Positions 49,989 through 59,525 are shown, counted from the stretch's first letter. The stretch is DNA of 59,525 nucleotides from Desulfopila sp. (GCA_036350815.1 JAZBNU010000477.1:1-59525), one strand, 5' to 3'. Made by a program: numbers and translations. The notes: a model not told the origin generated them from the letters alone.

Positions 49989-52949
49989 ATGCCTCGATTT
50001 TCTCAGCTTTCACTTGCTTCCTCACCATTATATGTTTCTCTTTTTGTTATAGGGACGCTTTGCCTTTTTATCTCATCATTCTGGGCCTACAATGAGTATC
50101 AGGCCTATCAGGATACTGTTGCAAATATCAGGTTAAACTATCAGCAGCAGTACAGGATGCGGGTTAAGGAAGAAAACGAAAAAATAGTGGATTTTGTCGA
50201 GTACAAAAGGTGGCAGCAGGAGGTCAGCATTGAAACCGAGATACGGGACAAAGTACAGTCGGCCTATTCGATTGCTTCTCATGTTTACAGCCTCTACAAA
50301 GAAGAAAAGAGTATGGCGGACCTACGTCACATGGTTGTAGAGCTTCTTCGACCTGTTCGCTGGGACAACGGTTTGGGGTACTATTTTGCCGGTAATATAT
50401 CAAATGGGGTCATAGAACTTCTCGCCGATAATCCCGAACTGGAGGGGGTTCATTTCGATGCACTGGAAGACGATAACATCAAAGACGTCATTACCCTGAT
50501 TACAGAGATTGTTGCCAAAAGAGGGGCCGGCATGGTCCGCTACAATCTGACCAAGCCCGAATCTCTGGGGAGTTTCTATCCCAAAATTTCTTTTGTTAAA
50601 TTGTTTTCCCCATTTAACTGGTTTATTGGCGCCGGGGTTTATGGAGACGAGATAGAGCGACGAATCCAGGAAGATATCCTTGAGCGTATCCAACGCCTTG
50701 GTTTCGGCATGGATGGAGAGGTCCTGATTTTTAGACTGGACGGCGCCATACTGTGCAGTACTGATAAACGCTTGCTTGGGAGATCTGTTCTCTCCATTAA
50801 AGATGTGACGGCAAGTCTTCCAGGGGGGGCAGATTCATATGGCAGAAAACTTCTCTCTCTAGCGGCGTCTGCAGAAAAGAACGGTTTTTTTGAGTATAGC
50901 AGTTCTGTCGATGGCACTGCTAAAAGGTCTGAAAGACTAGCCTATGTTAACGCATATCCAGATTGGGGCTGGGGGATTGTTACAAGCATTTCAATGCTGG
51001 AAATGGAAAAACTTATCGGCCATGAGACATCGATGTACCAGAATATTGCTTTTAAAAACACATGGCTTTTTTTGGTTCTGTGCAGCACGGCAATAGTAAT
51101 TCTTTTGTTGATTTCATATTTTTATTCTCTGAAGATTAAAAAAGGGATAGATCATTTCACCGGATTCTTTCGAAAGGCAGCTGATTCCAAAGCCAGAGTC
51201 GAAATAGACCAATTGTCTTTTCGAGAGTTCGTTCTTCTTGGTGAATATGCCAACCAAATGAATGCAGACAGGCTTGCTCAGGAGAAGGTTATCAGGCGGG
51301 ATGAAAAAAGACTTGATACTCTGTTGCAGCTTAGCTTGATGGAAAGTTACAGCGTGAGGGAAATATTTGACTTTACCCTCAAAAGGATTGCCGAGATTAC
51401 AGAAAGCAAAGGGGCGTACCTTGTTACCATTGAAGAAGAGGAAGTACGGTTGCGCTCCCAGGTTGTATTGACTGACCAGGAGCTATGCTGCAGCAATGTG
51501 AGCAGAGCAGGATCGGCAAAGAATGATGCATCACTCACAAGAGTGATACAAAACTGCAGGATAGATATCGGCCGGGACATCGAAGAATCTCCGCAACACA
51601 CGTATTTTTCAATTACAGAGAAAATAGTACATCGTCTCGATGTTCCTGTTATGGAAAATGGTATTGTGGTTGCCGTCCTCGGGCTTTGCAACAAAAACGA
51701 CGGCTATACGGAAGATGATACTCGCCAGGTAATGCTGCTGCTTGAGGGGATGTGGCTTCATATCAATAAGGTAGAAAACAGAAAAGAGATGCTGCGCCTG
51801 CGGCTGCTTCTCAAAGATATTACCGACTCGATGCCCTCAGTGCTGATTGGTATAGATCGTAATTTTACAATAATGCAGTGGAACCGACTCGCGGAAAAGT
51901 ATTCCGGAGTTACAGGGGAAGAGGCTCAGGGGCGTTCATTACAAGAGATATTGCCGGAGATGCAAAAGCATGAAAAGGCTATCCAGAAGGTTATTCATCT
52001 GGGAGAGGAAACTGAAATCCGTAAAATTCCTGTTACGGTCAATGGTGAGAGCCGTTATGAGTCAATAACTATTTATCCCCTGAAATATAATGAGATGCAT
52101 GGGGCGGTAATACGCATAGATGATATAACGGATCTTGTCGGTATGGAAGAAATGATGATTCAATCGGAAAAAATGCTTTCCGTTGGCGGCCTGGCAGCTG
52201 GAATCGCACACGAAATCAACAACCCTCTGGCTTCAGTGTCGCAGAACCTTCAGGTGATCAAAAAGCGTTTTGCCCAGGAAATGCCTCAGAACAGAATCAC
52301 TGCCGAGCGTCTTGGTATCAGTCTGGATGACATACATTGCTATCTGAGAGAAAGAGGTATTGATGTGATGCTTGACATTATTGGTGCAGATTCCACCAGA
52401 GCAGTAAAACTTGTGCGTAATATGCTCTCTTTCAGTAGAAAAAGTGCCTCAATTTTTGAAGAATATGACCTGCGTATTCTTCTTGACAATGCTCTCCAAT
52501 TGGTTTTGGCCGACTCTGAACTGAAAAAATCCGTAGTCAGACAAATCGTTGTCATTAAGGAATATGAGGAGAATGTCGGTCCCGTTTGTTGTGAAGGTAC
52601 TAATATCCAGCAGGTATTCTTTAATATTATTCAAAACGCCGTCTTTGCCATTACAGAAAACAAAGACAAAGTAGAAAAACCGCGATTGATACTGCGTCTG
52701 GCTGCCAAGGACAGGATGGTAAAAGTAGAGATAGAAGATAACGGTATGGGTATGGACAGAGGCACCGCAAAAAATATATTTGAGCCGTTTTTTACCACAA
52801 AAGGTGCCGGCAAAGGGACTGGGCTGGGCTTGTCTATTTCTTATTATATTGTTGCTGAGCAGCACAAGGGCTCCCTTCTGGTGCAGTCGGAACAGGGAAA
52901 AGGTGCTGTCTTTACCCTTCTTTTGCCTGTGGAACAGATTGTGCGATAA
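49989..52949 (+). CDS. Membrane sensor histidine kinase (Cache-GAF-PAS-HisKA-HATPase)
   Basis: Two TM segments flanking a Cache-like domain. GIAHEINNPL, QVFFNIIQNA, DNGMG, FEPFFTTK, GTGLGL. Confidence 0.9.
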   Translation: MPRFSQLSLASSPLYVSLFVIGTLCLFISSFWAYNEYQAYQDTVANIRLNYQQQYRMRVKEENEKIVDFVEYKRWQQEVSIETEIRDKVQSAYSIASHVYSLYKEEKSMADLRHMVVELLRPVRWDNGLGYYFAGNISNGVIELLADNPELEGVHFDALEDDNIKDVITLITEIVAKRGAGMVRYNLTKPESLGSFYPKISFVKLFSPFNWFIGAGVYGDEIERRIQEDILERIQRLGFGMDGEVLIFRLDGAILCSTDKRLLGRSVLSIKDVTASLPGGADSYGRKLLSLAASAEKNGFFEYSSSVDGTAKRSERLAYVNAYPDWGWGIVTSISMLEMEKLIGHETSMYQNIAFKNTWLFLVLCSTAIVILLLISYFYSLKIKKGIDHFTGFFRKAADSKARVEIDQLSFREFVLLGEYANQMNADRLAQEKVIRRDEKRLDTLLQLSLMESYSVREIFDFTLKRIAEITESKGAYLVTIEEEEVRLRSQVVLTDQELCCSNVSRAGSAKNDASLTRVIQNCRIDIGRDIEESPQHTYFSITEKIVHRLDVPVMENGIVVAVLGLCNKNDGYTEDDTRQVMLLLEGMWLHINKVENRKEMLRLRLLLKDITDSMPSVLIGIDRNFTIMQWNRLAEKYSGVTGEEAQGRSLQEILPEMQKHEKAIQKVIHLGEETEIRKIPVTVNGESRYESITIYPLKYNEMHGAVIRIDDITDLVGMEEMMIQSEKMLSVGGLAAGIAHEINNPLASVSQNLQVIKKRFAQEMPQNRITAERLGISLDDIHCYLRERGIDVMLDIIGADSTRAVKLVRNMLSFSRKSASIFEEYDLRILLDNALQLVLADSELKKSVVRQIVVIKEYEENVGPVCCEGTNIQQVFFNIIQNAVFAITENKDKVEKPRLILRLAAKDRMVKVEIEDNGMGMDRGTAKNIFEPFFTTKGAGKGTGLGLSISYYIVAEQHKGSLLVQSEQGKGAVFTLLLPVEQIVR

Positions 52950-53028
52950 AATGTTACGTCAAGAAATCCGGACTAATTGTTGCCAAAATCGCAAAATTAG
53001 GCGACTATGGCCTGCGGCACAGCAGGGT

Positions 53029-53055
53029 TAGCCTGGATATTTCATGGCTTGAGAT
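53029..53055 (+). repeat. Solo end of the 36414-36677 element
   Basis: TAGCCTGGATATTTCATGGCTTGAGAT versus TACCCCGGATATTTCATGGCTTGAGAT (25/27 identical). Confidence 0.7.
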
Positions 53056-53094
53056 TCGGGTTAGAGTTGTAGTATAAAGCAGGGTTTAAAGGTA

Positions 53095-54306
53095 ATGAGT
53101 GAAATAATATTAATCAATATCACAGGCAAAGACCGCAGAGGGCTCAATTTCAAGTTCAGTGCCATTCTGGCGAACTATGATGTGAATGTCCTGGATATCG
53201 GTCAGTCTGTTATTCATGAACATATTTCCTTGGGAATTCTTGTGGAGATCCCCAATGGAGATGATTTTCCGGCTCTTTATAAAGATGTTCTTTATGAGGG
53301 GCACAATCTGGGCCTCTCCGTTGATATCCAACCGGTAAGTCATGATCGTTATGAAACCTGGGTAAAGGCAAAGGGGCAGGAGCGGCGTAAAATTACCCTA
53401 CTGGGAAAAAAGCTTACCGCAGAACAGATTGCCGCAGTAACTAACGTTATTCATCAAAACGGTCTCAACATTGACAGTATAACGCGTCTTACCGGTCGGA
53501 TATCTCTAGTTTCTCCCCAGCAGAAACCGCGGGCGAGTATTCAGTTGAGTGCCAGTGGAGTGCCAAGAGACACTCAGGGAATGCGGCGGAGCTTCATGGA
53601 GATTTCCCAGCAGACCGGCATAGACATCTCCTTTCATGTTGACAACATTTATACCCGAAACAGGAAACTTGTTGTTTTTGATATGGACTCTACTCTTATA
53701 TCCGTAGAGGTTATCGATGAGCTTGCCAGGCTCGCCGGGGTGGGGAATGAGGTTGCGGCCATCACCGAATCGGCCATGCGGGGCGAGATTGATTTTCAGG
53801 AAAGTTTTCGTCGCAGAGTTGGATTACTAAAAGGGCTCGATGCAGAAAAGCTGGCTGGCATAAACGAAAAGCTGCCGCTTGCCGAAGGGGCGGAAATTGT
53901 CACTAAAACCCTGAAAGGACTGGGGTATAAACTGGGAATTTTGTCAGGTGGCTTCACTTTTGTGGGTGAGTTCCTCAAGGAAAAGCTCGGTTTTGATTAT
54001 ATCTATGCGAATACACTTGATATTGTTGATGGTAAAGTCAGCGGTAAGGTGGTAGGTGAGATCATAGACGGCGAGAGAAAGGCGGAACTGCTCAAAATGA
54101 TAGCCCATAAAGAAAATATCAACCTGGAGCAGACCATTGCCGTGGGCGACGGTGCTAATGACCTTCCCATGATCAGTCTGGCAGGTCTCGGGGTTGCCTT
54201 TCATGCCAAACCGATTGTCAGGGAAAAGGCGGGCAACACCATCTCCAGCGTCGGGCTTGACGGGCTGTTGTACCTTATAGGTATCCACGACAGAGAAATC
54301 CGTTAG
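53095..54306 (+). CDS. serB: Phosphoserine phosphatase with ACT domains
   Basis: VFDMDSTL, AMRGEIDF, LSGGF, GDGANDL, N-terminal ACT domains. Confidence 0.93.
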   Translation: MSEIILINITGKDRRGLNFKFSAILANYDVNVLDIGQSVIHEHISLGILVEIPNGDDFPALYKDVLYEGHNLGLSVDIQPVSHDRYETWVKAKGQERRKITLLGKKLTAEQIAAVTNVIHQNGLNIDSITRLTGRISLVSPQQKPRASIQLSASGVPRDTQGMRRSFMEISQQTGIDISFHVDNIYTRNRKLVVFDMDSTLISVEVIDELARLAGVGNEVAAITESAMRGEIDFQESFRRRVGLLKGLDAEKLAGINEKLPLAEGAEIVTKTLKGLGYKLGILSGGFTFVGEFLKEKLGFDYIYANTLDIVDGKVSGKVVGEIIDGERKAELLKMIAHKENINLEQTIAVGDGANDLPMISLAGLGVAFHAKPIVREKAGNTISSVGLDGLLYLIGIHDREIR

Positions 54307-54357
54307 GAACAACAGGTACACCTCTGCGGGTAAATCAGGCGGAGGTGCACCATGCAC

Positions 54358-54480
54358 TTATTTCTTGTCGGGTTGTGGTGGTTTGTAGGACAGGCATTTT
54401 CGCAGGATGGCCTGGAAGGTGTCCCAGTCCCTGGTTGTCAGAACGGCCTGTTTGGCAAATGCAATCTCGTTTTTCATCAT
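54358..54480 (-). CDS. 40-aa micro-protein downstream of the cobalamin riboswitch
   Basis: RBS AGAGGAGG 5 nt before ATG. Peptide MMKNEIAFAKQAVLTTRDWDTFQAILRKCLSYKPPQPDKK. Confidence 0.55.
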   Translation of the reverse strand: MMKNEIAFAKQAVLTTRDWDTFQAILRKCLSYKPPQPDKK

Positions 54481-54517
54481 GGTAAGCCTCCTCTTTCTGG
54501 GTATGAAGGCCTGGAGC

Positions 54518-54557
54518 AAAAAAATGCCCCCAGACCAATGAGTGGTGATCTGGGGGC
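54518..54557 (-). terminator. Attenuator terminator of the riboswitch expression platform
   Basis: Minus strand GCCCCCAGATCA-N8-TGGTCTGGGGGC followed by ATTTTTTT. Confidence 0.7.
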
Positions 54558-54676
54558 CCTGATTTCTCCACAGATGCATTGCAACGACCCCGTATCCTCG
54601 GAGGTCGTTATCGTGTCCGGATGTTTTCAGAAGCGGCGACCGGTCAACCGGCACGCAAAAGAATCCAGACCAGGCA

Positions 54677-54830
54677 TGAGGCAGGTATTCTGACTCCCGG
54701 ATCAACCATTGCCTGCGCCTTCCCAACCTGTGGTCAGTGGCATATGCAGAGTCTGTCCCCGGTTACAGCGGCGGGCCCGTTTCCGATTTACACGGAATTC
54801 CCTTTTCTGTCGTATCGACACCTCATAAAG
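54677..54830 (-). ncRNA. Cobalamin (B12) riboswitch
   Basis: Minus strand AGGTG...AAAAGGGAATTCCGTGTAAATCGGAAACGGGCCCGCCGCTGTAAC...GCCACTG...TGGGAAGG...GAGTCAGAATACCTGCC, with canonical B12-box elements. Confidence 0.92.
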
Positions 54831-54924
54831 AGATCATACCCGAGATAAGACCACTGGTCAACTGGTATGTTCGCGATATATTCTTGTACCACATGTAGTG
54901 GTCCTTCTCGGGTCCCTGGCGCTT

Positions 54925-56208
54925 CTATCTGACCGTCGGCCGGAGCAGGAGGAAATTGGCCGGAGCCGGATTAGCCGGCTCGGTCTCAGCTTCTGGGTCA
55001 GGTATGCTGCCATATTGCAGATAGGTGGCGGCGCAACCCACTCTGGCGGATTGGGCCTGGATGCGCATGTATCCGTCTTCACCCCAGTTTTTTCCCCAGG
55101 AATTGCGTAGAATCCAGTAGACTCCAAGGACTGGGTCCGTTCCCCAGCCGACCAGGGCGACAGCGTGATTTGTTGCCGTATAGGCTCCATATTCACAGGC
55201 GGTCTTGGTGTCGCTGAACACGCCGCCGATATAGTCTTCGAAGGAATTAGAAACCAACACTGCAACGTCGAGGACGCCGTATGTTGCCAAAGCCTGCTGG
55301 ATAGCTGTGGTATTGTTTGGTGCGATTCGCCCCCAGCTCTTGAACCTGGTTCTGGGAGTGTTCCAGGAGCTGCAGCCGCCCGGGTCAGTACCGGTATATG
55401 GAAAAAGGGACTCGAGAATGATACCCTCCTTGGTTAAAGCTGTCAGTTCGGCATAGTCATAGTCAGCTCCGTCGCAGCCACTGAAATGTTCTGAATATGG
55501 CCCATATTTACCCAGGCACCAGGCGATAAAGGATTCGGAAAAATCGATAACCTGGTTATTGTATCTGCTGGTGGCGTAGTTATAGGTACCTTCTGCCGCT
55601 GCTGCTGCCCCGAAGGCATAGCAGGAGCCGCAGCTGCCCTGGTTCCGAACAGCTCCGATATAGGATTTTCCGTTGAAATTACGCCAGTCCAGAGCCTGCG
55701 GCAGAGCTGCCATGGTTTTTTGTGCACTGAAAAGCGGGGTATCGGTTGGGGTGGGAGAGAGGTTTCTCACTGGCCGTCTCCTGGCCGGTTTCATCAGGTT
55801 TTCTGCTTCCAGCAATTCCAGCATCTGGATCCGTTTTCCAGAACTACTTTTCGAACGGGGTACGCAAACAGGTACATCTCTGACAAAATTCCGTTCCTGG
55901 ATTCGTTCGGTTTCCATGGAAAAGCCCTTTTGTTCACAGAAAGAAAAATGCTGCGCCTCCCTGCCGCGAAAAAAACTCCAGGCATCTGCACTGCTGTGGT
56001 CCGGGAAGGTGCAGACGTCTATTGTATTCCCTTCTCTGTCTCTGCTGATGGAGTAGTCGTAACCCATTGCTTCGCAATAGATAGCCGCTGGATTGGCAGC
56101 TGCCCGGCATTCTGTACTGGCCAGTGTCAGAAAGTAAAAAGCACATACAAATATGCCATGAAGTTTCAGCATCTTTTGAGAACATGCGCTGTGGAACATC
56201 CTGCTCAT
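54925..56208 (-). CDS. Secreted C1A (papain-family) cysteine peptidase with N-terminal DUF333-like domain
   Basis: ANPAAIYC..MG (DUF333-like), LDWR, QGSCGSCYAF, NHAV.LVGWG, RNSWG. Confidence 0.85.
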   Translation of the reverse strand: MSRMFHSACSQKMLKLHGIFVCAFYFLTLASTECRAAANPAAIYCEAMGYDYSISRDREGNTIDVCTFPDHSSADAWSFFRGREAQHFSFCEQKGFSMETERIQERNFVRDVPVCVPRSKSSSGKRIQMLELLEAENLMKPARRRPVRNLSPTPTDTPLFSAQKTMAALPQALDWRNFNGKSYIGAVRNQGSCGSCYAFGAAAAAEGTYNYATSRYNNQVIDFSESFIAWCLGKYGPYSEHFSGCDGADYDYAELTALTKEGIILESLFPYTGTDPGGCSSWNTPRTRFKSWGRIAPNNTTAIQQALATYGVLDVAVLVSNSFEDYIGGVFSDTKTACEYGAYTATNHAVALVGWGTDPVLGVYWILRNSWGKNWGEDGYMRIQAQSARVGCAATYLQYGSIPDPEAETEPANPAPANFLLLRPTVR

Positions 56209-56356
56209 GGAGTTTTTCTCCTGTAATTATAGTGATATCCTTTTTCCCCTGCGATATATAACGTCCCAGGAGAAATACCTCGAGCTGCAATCAAAGCAAG
56301 GGTGTAAACTGCCATAGCATCTTGCCTTACCTCTCCCAGATCCTCTGGATTCTCGA

Positions 56357-56530
56357 ATCTGATTACCCCTAAAGATCAGCAAGCCTTATGGGGCAGGATC
56401 ACTCTTTTCACGGGTCGCCATAAACCCATCCATGGGGGCTTGACTGCAGCCGTCCTGGCTGCAGACACCCGAGAAAAGAGCGACCCTGCCCCCTTCAAAT
56501 TACGATGCTGAGTTTCGGGGGGAATCAGGT
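56357..56530. mobile_element. Nested-palindrome MITE/REP-like element (174 bp)
   Basis: 25-bp terminal inverted repeats (19/25), flanking TCTCGA direct repeat, inner 26-bp inverted repeat at 56390-56492. Confidence 0.65.
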
Positions 56531-56755
56531 TCTCGAATGGCGAAGAAATCCGGTTATCCCTTGAAAACCATAATACCCACGTTGAAGCAAGAAGCAAAAC
56601 AATTATTGTGTAGCACGCCAGAAAGGGATATGAAAGGTATTTTCTTGGCTTTTGTCTGTCATGTTTTAAAGTGTGGCTCAGAAAGGCAGACTGTCCTGAA
56701 AGAAGAAATGTGGGAATCGGATGTTTACCGGTAAGTTGAAAAATACAGGTGCAAA

Positions 56756-58165
56756 ATGATCGATGGCACGATAGTGGTGGAGCTCGGGAAAATTGTAGGG
56801 GAGGCCAATGTCTCGGCAGCCGAGAGTGACAGAATAACTCACTCATATGACGCAACAATGGCACAATCCCTACCCGACGTCGTGGTGTATGCTGGAAGTA
56901 CGGAGGAGGTCAGCAGGGTAGTACGGTTGGCTGCCTGCCATAAGATTCCGATACTTCCACGAGGGGCAGGCTCGGGTTTTACAGGTGGAACTCTTCCTGT
57001 TCGTGGTGGTATTGTTCTGGTTCTCACCAAAATGAACAAGATCCTGGAGATAGACAGTGATAATCTTATCGCAATAGTACAGCCTGGAGTCGTTACTGCT
57101 GACCTGCAGCGCGAGGTGGAGAAACTGGGGCTGTTTTATCCGCCTGATCCGGCTTCAAAGGAATTTTCCACCCTTGGTGGTAATGTCGCTGAATGTGCGG
57201 GCGGCCCTCGGTGTGTTAAGTATGGAGTCACCAAAGATTTCGTTCTGGGACTTGAGGTTGTCACTGCGCAAGGAGAAATTATGCGGACAGGAGGGCAGAC
57301 TCTGAAGAATGTTGTCGGCTATGACCTTACCAAACTTATGGTCGGCTCAGAGGGTACACTTGGGATCATTACTGAAATTACTCTGAAACTGCTGCCCAGG
57401 CCTGAGGCGAAAAAGACCATGCTGGTACAATTTGAGACTATTGAAGGGGCGGCCCAAGCCGTATCAGCCATAATACGGGCCAAAATTATTCCCACTACCC
57501 TTGAGTTTCTTGATTCTGCAACCATAGACTGCATCAGGGAAATCTCACCTATACATCTTCCGCCGACCTGCAGTGCCTTGCTGATAATAGAAGTTGATGG
57601 CGACAGGCAGCTTATTGAGAAGCAGGCTGGAAAAATTCTCGAAGTGGTCCGGCCATTAGGCGTCGTTGCGGTCAGTGTGGCTGATACAGCGGAAGAATCA
57701 GAAGAGATCTGGCAGGTGCGGCGCAATGTCAGTCCCAGTCTGAGGAAAGTCAACCCCGATAAGTTTAATGAAGATATAGTAGTCCCGCGTTCGCGGGTAC
57801 CGGACATGATCCGTGCCCTGGAACAGATTTCCCGGGAATTTGAAGTTCCCATCGTGAATTTCGGGCATGCCGGGGACGGAAATATTCATGTGAATGCCAT
57901 GGTGGATTTACGGGAGGAGGGCATGGCGGAAAAAATCCATGTGATTATGGAAAAGATCTTTGCCGCGGCAGTTGCGTTGAAAGGATCTTTGAGTGGAGAA
58001 CATGGTATCGGTACTTCGAAAGCCCGGTATCTCTCCATGGAACTTGACCCCGTAGCTATTGCTGCCATGCGGGCGGTAAAACAGGCTCTTGACCCTGATA
58101 ATATTTTGAACCCCGGTAAAATTTTCACGGAACCGGAAACGCAGCAGATTCCGGCAAAGATATAA
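56756..58165 (+). CDS. glcD: FAD-linked glycolate/D-lactate dehydrogenase subunit
   Basis: PRGAGSG, YPPDPAS, KYGVTKD, GSEGTLG, GHAGDGNIH, GEHGIG, LNPGK. Confidence 0.88.
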   Translation: MIDGTIVVELGKIVGEANVSAAESDRITHSYDATMAQSLPDVVVYAGSTEEVSRVVRLAACHKIPILPRGAGSGFTGGTLPVRGGIVLVLTKMNKILEIDSDNLIAIVQPGVVTADLQREVEKLGLFYPPDPASKEFSTLGGNVAECAGGPRCVKYGVTKDFVLGLEVVTAQGEIMRTGGQTLKNVVGYDLTKLMVGSEGTLGIITEITLKLLPRPEAKKTMLVQFETIEGAAQAVSAIIRAKIIPTTLEFLDSATIDCIREISPIHLPPTCSALLIIEVDGDRQLIEKQAGKILEVVRPLGVVAVSVADTAEESEEIWQVRRNVSPSLRKVNPDKFNEDIVVPRSRVPDMIRALEQISREFEVPIVNFGHAGDGNIHVNAMVDLREEGMAEKIHVIMEKIFAAAVALKGSLSGEHGIGTSKARYLSMELDPVAIAAMRAVKQALDPDNILNPGKIFTEPETQQIPAKI

Positions 58166-59430
58166 TGAGTACGAATAAGAAATTACAGGACTTTGAAAAA
58201 GAGATTCAGCAGTGCGTAAAGTGTGGTGTGTGTCAGGCTCATTGCCCTGCCTATAGAGAAGGGAGAAAAGAGGGAGATGTGGCCCGGGGAAAGATTGCGC
58301 TGGCAGCGTCACTGCTGGGCGGAGGAGTTACCCTTGAGGAACGCCTTCTGCAGGATATCAGCATGTGCCTGATGTGTGGTTCCTGTGTGAATAAATGCCC
58401 AAACAAGGTGCCGACTCCTGAGATTGTTGGCGCAATTCGCCGGGAAATTACTGAAGACAAGGGACTTTCTTTCATAGGAAAATCAGTCTCCACAGTGTTG
58501 CGCTCCAAGGCATTGATGAAGACATTGACTCGAGGAGGTGCTCTTCTCTCTCCTCTGGTGTTGAAAAAAGTTCCAAGCAGCAGTGGGCTTCGCCTCAGAT
58601 TCCCTTCGCCTGTGATGAAAGGACGAACAGTGCCGAAGCTGCCTTTTCGCAATCTTTTTGACAAGATTCCCGAATTTATCCAGGGCGATCAGGATAAGCC
58701 TGTGCTGGGTTTTTTTGCCGGTTGTTCCATAACCTATGTCTACCCGCAGATTGGCCTGTCCATGATTGCTCTTCTCAAAAAAATGGGATACTCCATCCAT
58801 ACGCCTCGGGCACAAAAATGTTGTGGAATCCCGGCATTGTCCTCAGGAGCTGGAAAAGTAGTTGAAGAACTGGCTGAAGTGAACAGAAAAGCTTTCGGCC
58901 GATACGGAGAGGAGCAGATTCTTACGGCATGCGCTTCCTGCAACGGTGGTATTGGGGAGTATTATTCCACTATGGTGGGGAATGATGACAGCTTCACCGA
59001 CAAGGTTGTTGACTTTACGGTGTTTCTTCAGCAAAACGGCATTGTAGAGGAGCTGGCCGCCATGAAGCGTTGGTCCATGCCGCACAAAGTAACGTATCAT
59101 GATCCCTGCCATATGAAAACTCAGGGGATCATCAGAGAACCTCGGGCACTGTTGCGTGCTTTGCCGAATGTTGATTTTGTTGAGATGGAGAATGCTTCGC
59201 TCTGTTGTGGTCTGGGAGGGACCTTTTCCGTTTATCATTATGAGTGCAGCAGGGCAATTGGGGCACAAAAGATTCCCGGCTTGCGGGAAAGTGGTGCGAC
59301 CCTTTTGGCAACCGCCTGTCCCGGCTGTATCATGCAGCTTCAGGACACCATAAACCACGCCGGACTGGCGGTGAAAGCCATCCATCTCCTTGATCTGATT
59401 CATGAGGCGTATGATAGGAAGATGACCTGA
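58165..59430 (+). CDS. glcF: Glycolate/lactate dehydrogenase Fe-S subunit
   Basis: CVKCGVCQAHCP, CLMCGSCVNKCP and two CCG domains. Translationally coupled to glcD. Confidence 0.85.
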   Translation: MSTNKKLQDFEKEIQQCVKCGVCQAHCPAYREGRKEGDVARGKIALAASLLGGGVTLEERLLQDISMCLMCGSCVNKCPNKVPTPEIVGAIRREITEDKGLSFIGKSVSTVLRSKALMKTLTRGGALLSPLVLKKVPSSSGLRLRFPSPVMKGRTVPKLPFRNLFDKIPEFIQGDQDKPVLGFFAGCSITYVYPQIGLSMIALLKKMGYSIHTPRAQKCCGIPALSSGAGKVVEELAEVNRKAFGRYGEEQILTACASCNGGIGEYYSTMVGNDDSFTDKVVDFTVFLQQNGIVEELAAMKRWSMPHKVTYHDPCHMKTQGIIREPRALLRALPNVDFVEMENASLCCGLGGTFSVYHYECSRAIGAQKIPGLRESGATLLATACPGCIMQLQDTINHAGLAVKAIHLLDLIHEAYDRKMT

Positions 59431-59525
59431 GCACTCTGGGGGATGAGGCAGCCGGGGCGGAGGAGCGGCTGGTTTCTGCGCAAAGATCAGTCTATGGCAG
59501 TAACTTTCAAGTGTTTTTCTCGATC

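Noticed and set aside
54358-54726. 122-aa version of the ORF downstream of the riboswitch
   Set aside because: Its start lies inside the aptamer and it crosses the terminator. The RBS supports ATG 54480.
1-59525. Global UGA reassignment (genetic code 4 or 25)
   Set aside because: Many genes end correctly at TGA (zupT, livG, livF, csp, glcF) and Trp is encoded by TGG, so recoding is site-specific.
1-59525. CRISPR arrays, tRNA/rRNA (including selC), transposases, prophage and defence genes
   Set aside because: None seen by eye: no regularly spaced repeats or recognisable motifs.

Overview
The window looks like chromosomal DNA from an anaerobe. The gene set (HdrA/MvhD/CCG proteins, cytoplasmic Fdh, GlcDF, NiSOD) points to Desulfobacterota, which is an inference. 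The main feature is broken up in the ORF track: a 13-kb, nine-gene + strand cluster (7295-20304) encoding a DsrK/HdrD-like protein, an HdrC/D-like protein, a fused double-FAD HdrA, MvhD, a split HdrA pair, a second MvhD, an FdhB-like protein and FdhA. Six of these nine genes carry in-frame UGA codons (7 in total) at conserved Cys positions, each followed 12-20 nt later by a SECIS-like hairpin, so they read as selenoproteins. One of them, a double-Sec MvhD, is absent from the ORF track. A second Sec formate dehydrogenase sits in a NuoE/NuoF (HylCB-type) operon at 37985-42975, behind a hemerythrin-PilZ gene, giving 8 Sec codons in 7 genes overall. Other notable items are a cobalamin riboswitch plus attenuator whose only target is a 40-aa micro-ORF, two different MITE-like elements, a MetF-MetV-like fusion and a secreted NiSOD. 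The rest is a liv ABC transporter, secreted peptidases and housekeeping genes (megL, zupT, cfa, pruA, rhlE-like, csp, serB, glcDF). All family assignments come from reading motifs by eye; no database searches were run.
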